A stretch of DNA of 64,000 nt, taken from positions 123,382,001 to 123,446,000 of the forward strand of contig NW_024704742.1 in assembly GCF_018977255.1 (NCBI RefSeq), written 5' to 3'. The DNA comes from Callorhinchus milii (taxonomy: Eukaryota). A model generated the notes under the pieces. That model saw nothing but the letters and a program-made list of their open reading frames with translations, was not told the DNA's origin and did no database searches. Within the stretch, counting starts at the first letter, position 1. The number at the start of each line of letters is the position of its first letter. Both the position numbers and the translations under genes were made by a program. Below are positions 63,616 to 64,000 of the stretch, one piece after another.

Positions 63616-64000
63616 TAAATTGCTCTATAATTTAGAAAAGGACCATATCTCAATACTGTAATCTAAGTAAAATGTTTTTTGGGCATAACATTGCCTCAGG
63701 AAATTGACTGGATGGAACAGAATACAAGTTACGGGAAAATTTACGTGAGTCTGAAAGGAAAAAGACATTTTGGGCCAAATGACCTTTCTTCATTTTGTGC
63801 TTTCTTACATTCTTAATATTATTTCCTTCCTGATATGCAATTCCATTGTATGAGTTACTTGAATGTCAATAAAATCATGTCAATATCAACAATACTTTCC
63901 TTCCGTCCTTCTTTCTGTCCTTCAGATGAGATGTTAAACCAAGGTGTGCCTGTTCAAGTGGAATGTTGAAATATCCTATAGTACAATTCGAAAAGAGAAC

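Overview
Eukaryotic, repeat-rich vertebrate DNA. The DeuSINE-type tRNA SINEs, L2 LINEs and shark-type CR1 LINEs suggest a cartilaginous fish, possibly a chimaera (inference). I assembled two multi-exon gp130-family class I cytokine receptor genes by hand; every exon has GT-AG boundaries and consistent phases, and the genes lie tail-to-tail. Gene A (+, coding 1861-29706, 14 coding exons, ~651 aa): signal peptide, cytokine-binding module with WSEWS, three FNIII domains and a TM segment. It has no detectable Ig D1 exon, a degenerate Box1 (SVSNIPDP) and a ~110-aa tail with no tyrosine, but keeps a gp130-type SESSQLLL dileucine motif. It is a candidate non-signalling decoy or scavenger receptor. 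Gene B (-, 60495 to 33955, at least 15 exons, ~890 aa, start codon unresolved): gp130-like Ig D1, WSEWS, three FNIII domains, TM, intact Box1 (IWPNVPDP) and a tail mixing gp130 motifs (YTIF..GYKSQ, SNQPLL) with an IL31RA-like NPYLKS. The layout resembles the mammalian IL31RA/IL6ST locus, but orthology is ambiguous. Introns carry young L2 copies, a CR1 fragment, two SINE subfamilies that share the L2 3' tail, hAT-type MITEs and an unclassified dispersed repeat. Most short ORFs in the track are repeat-derived or spurious.
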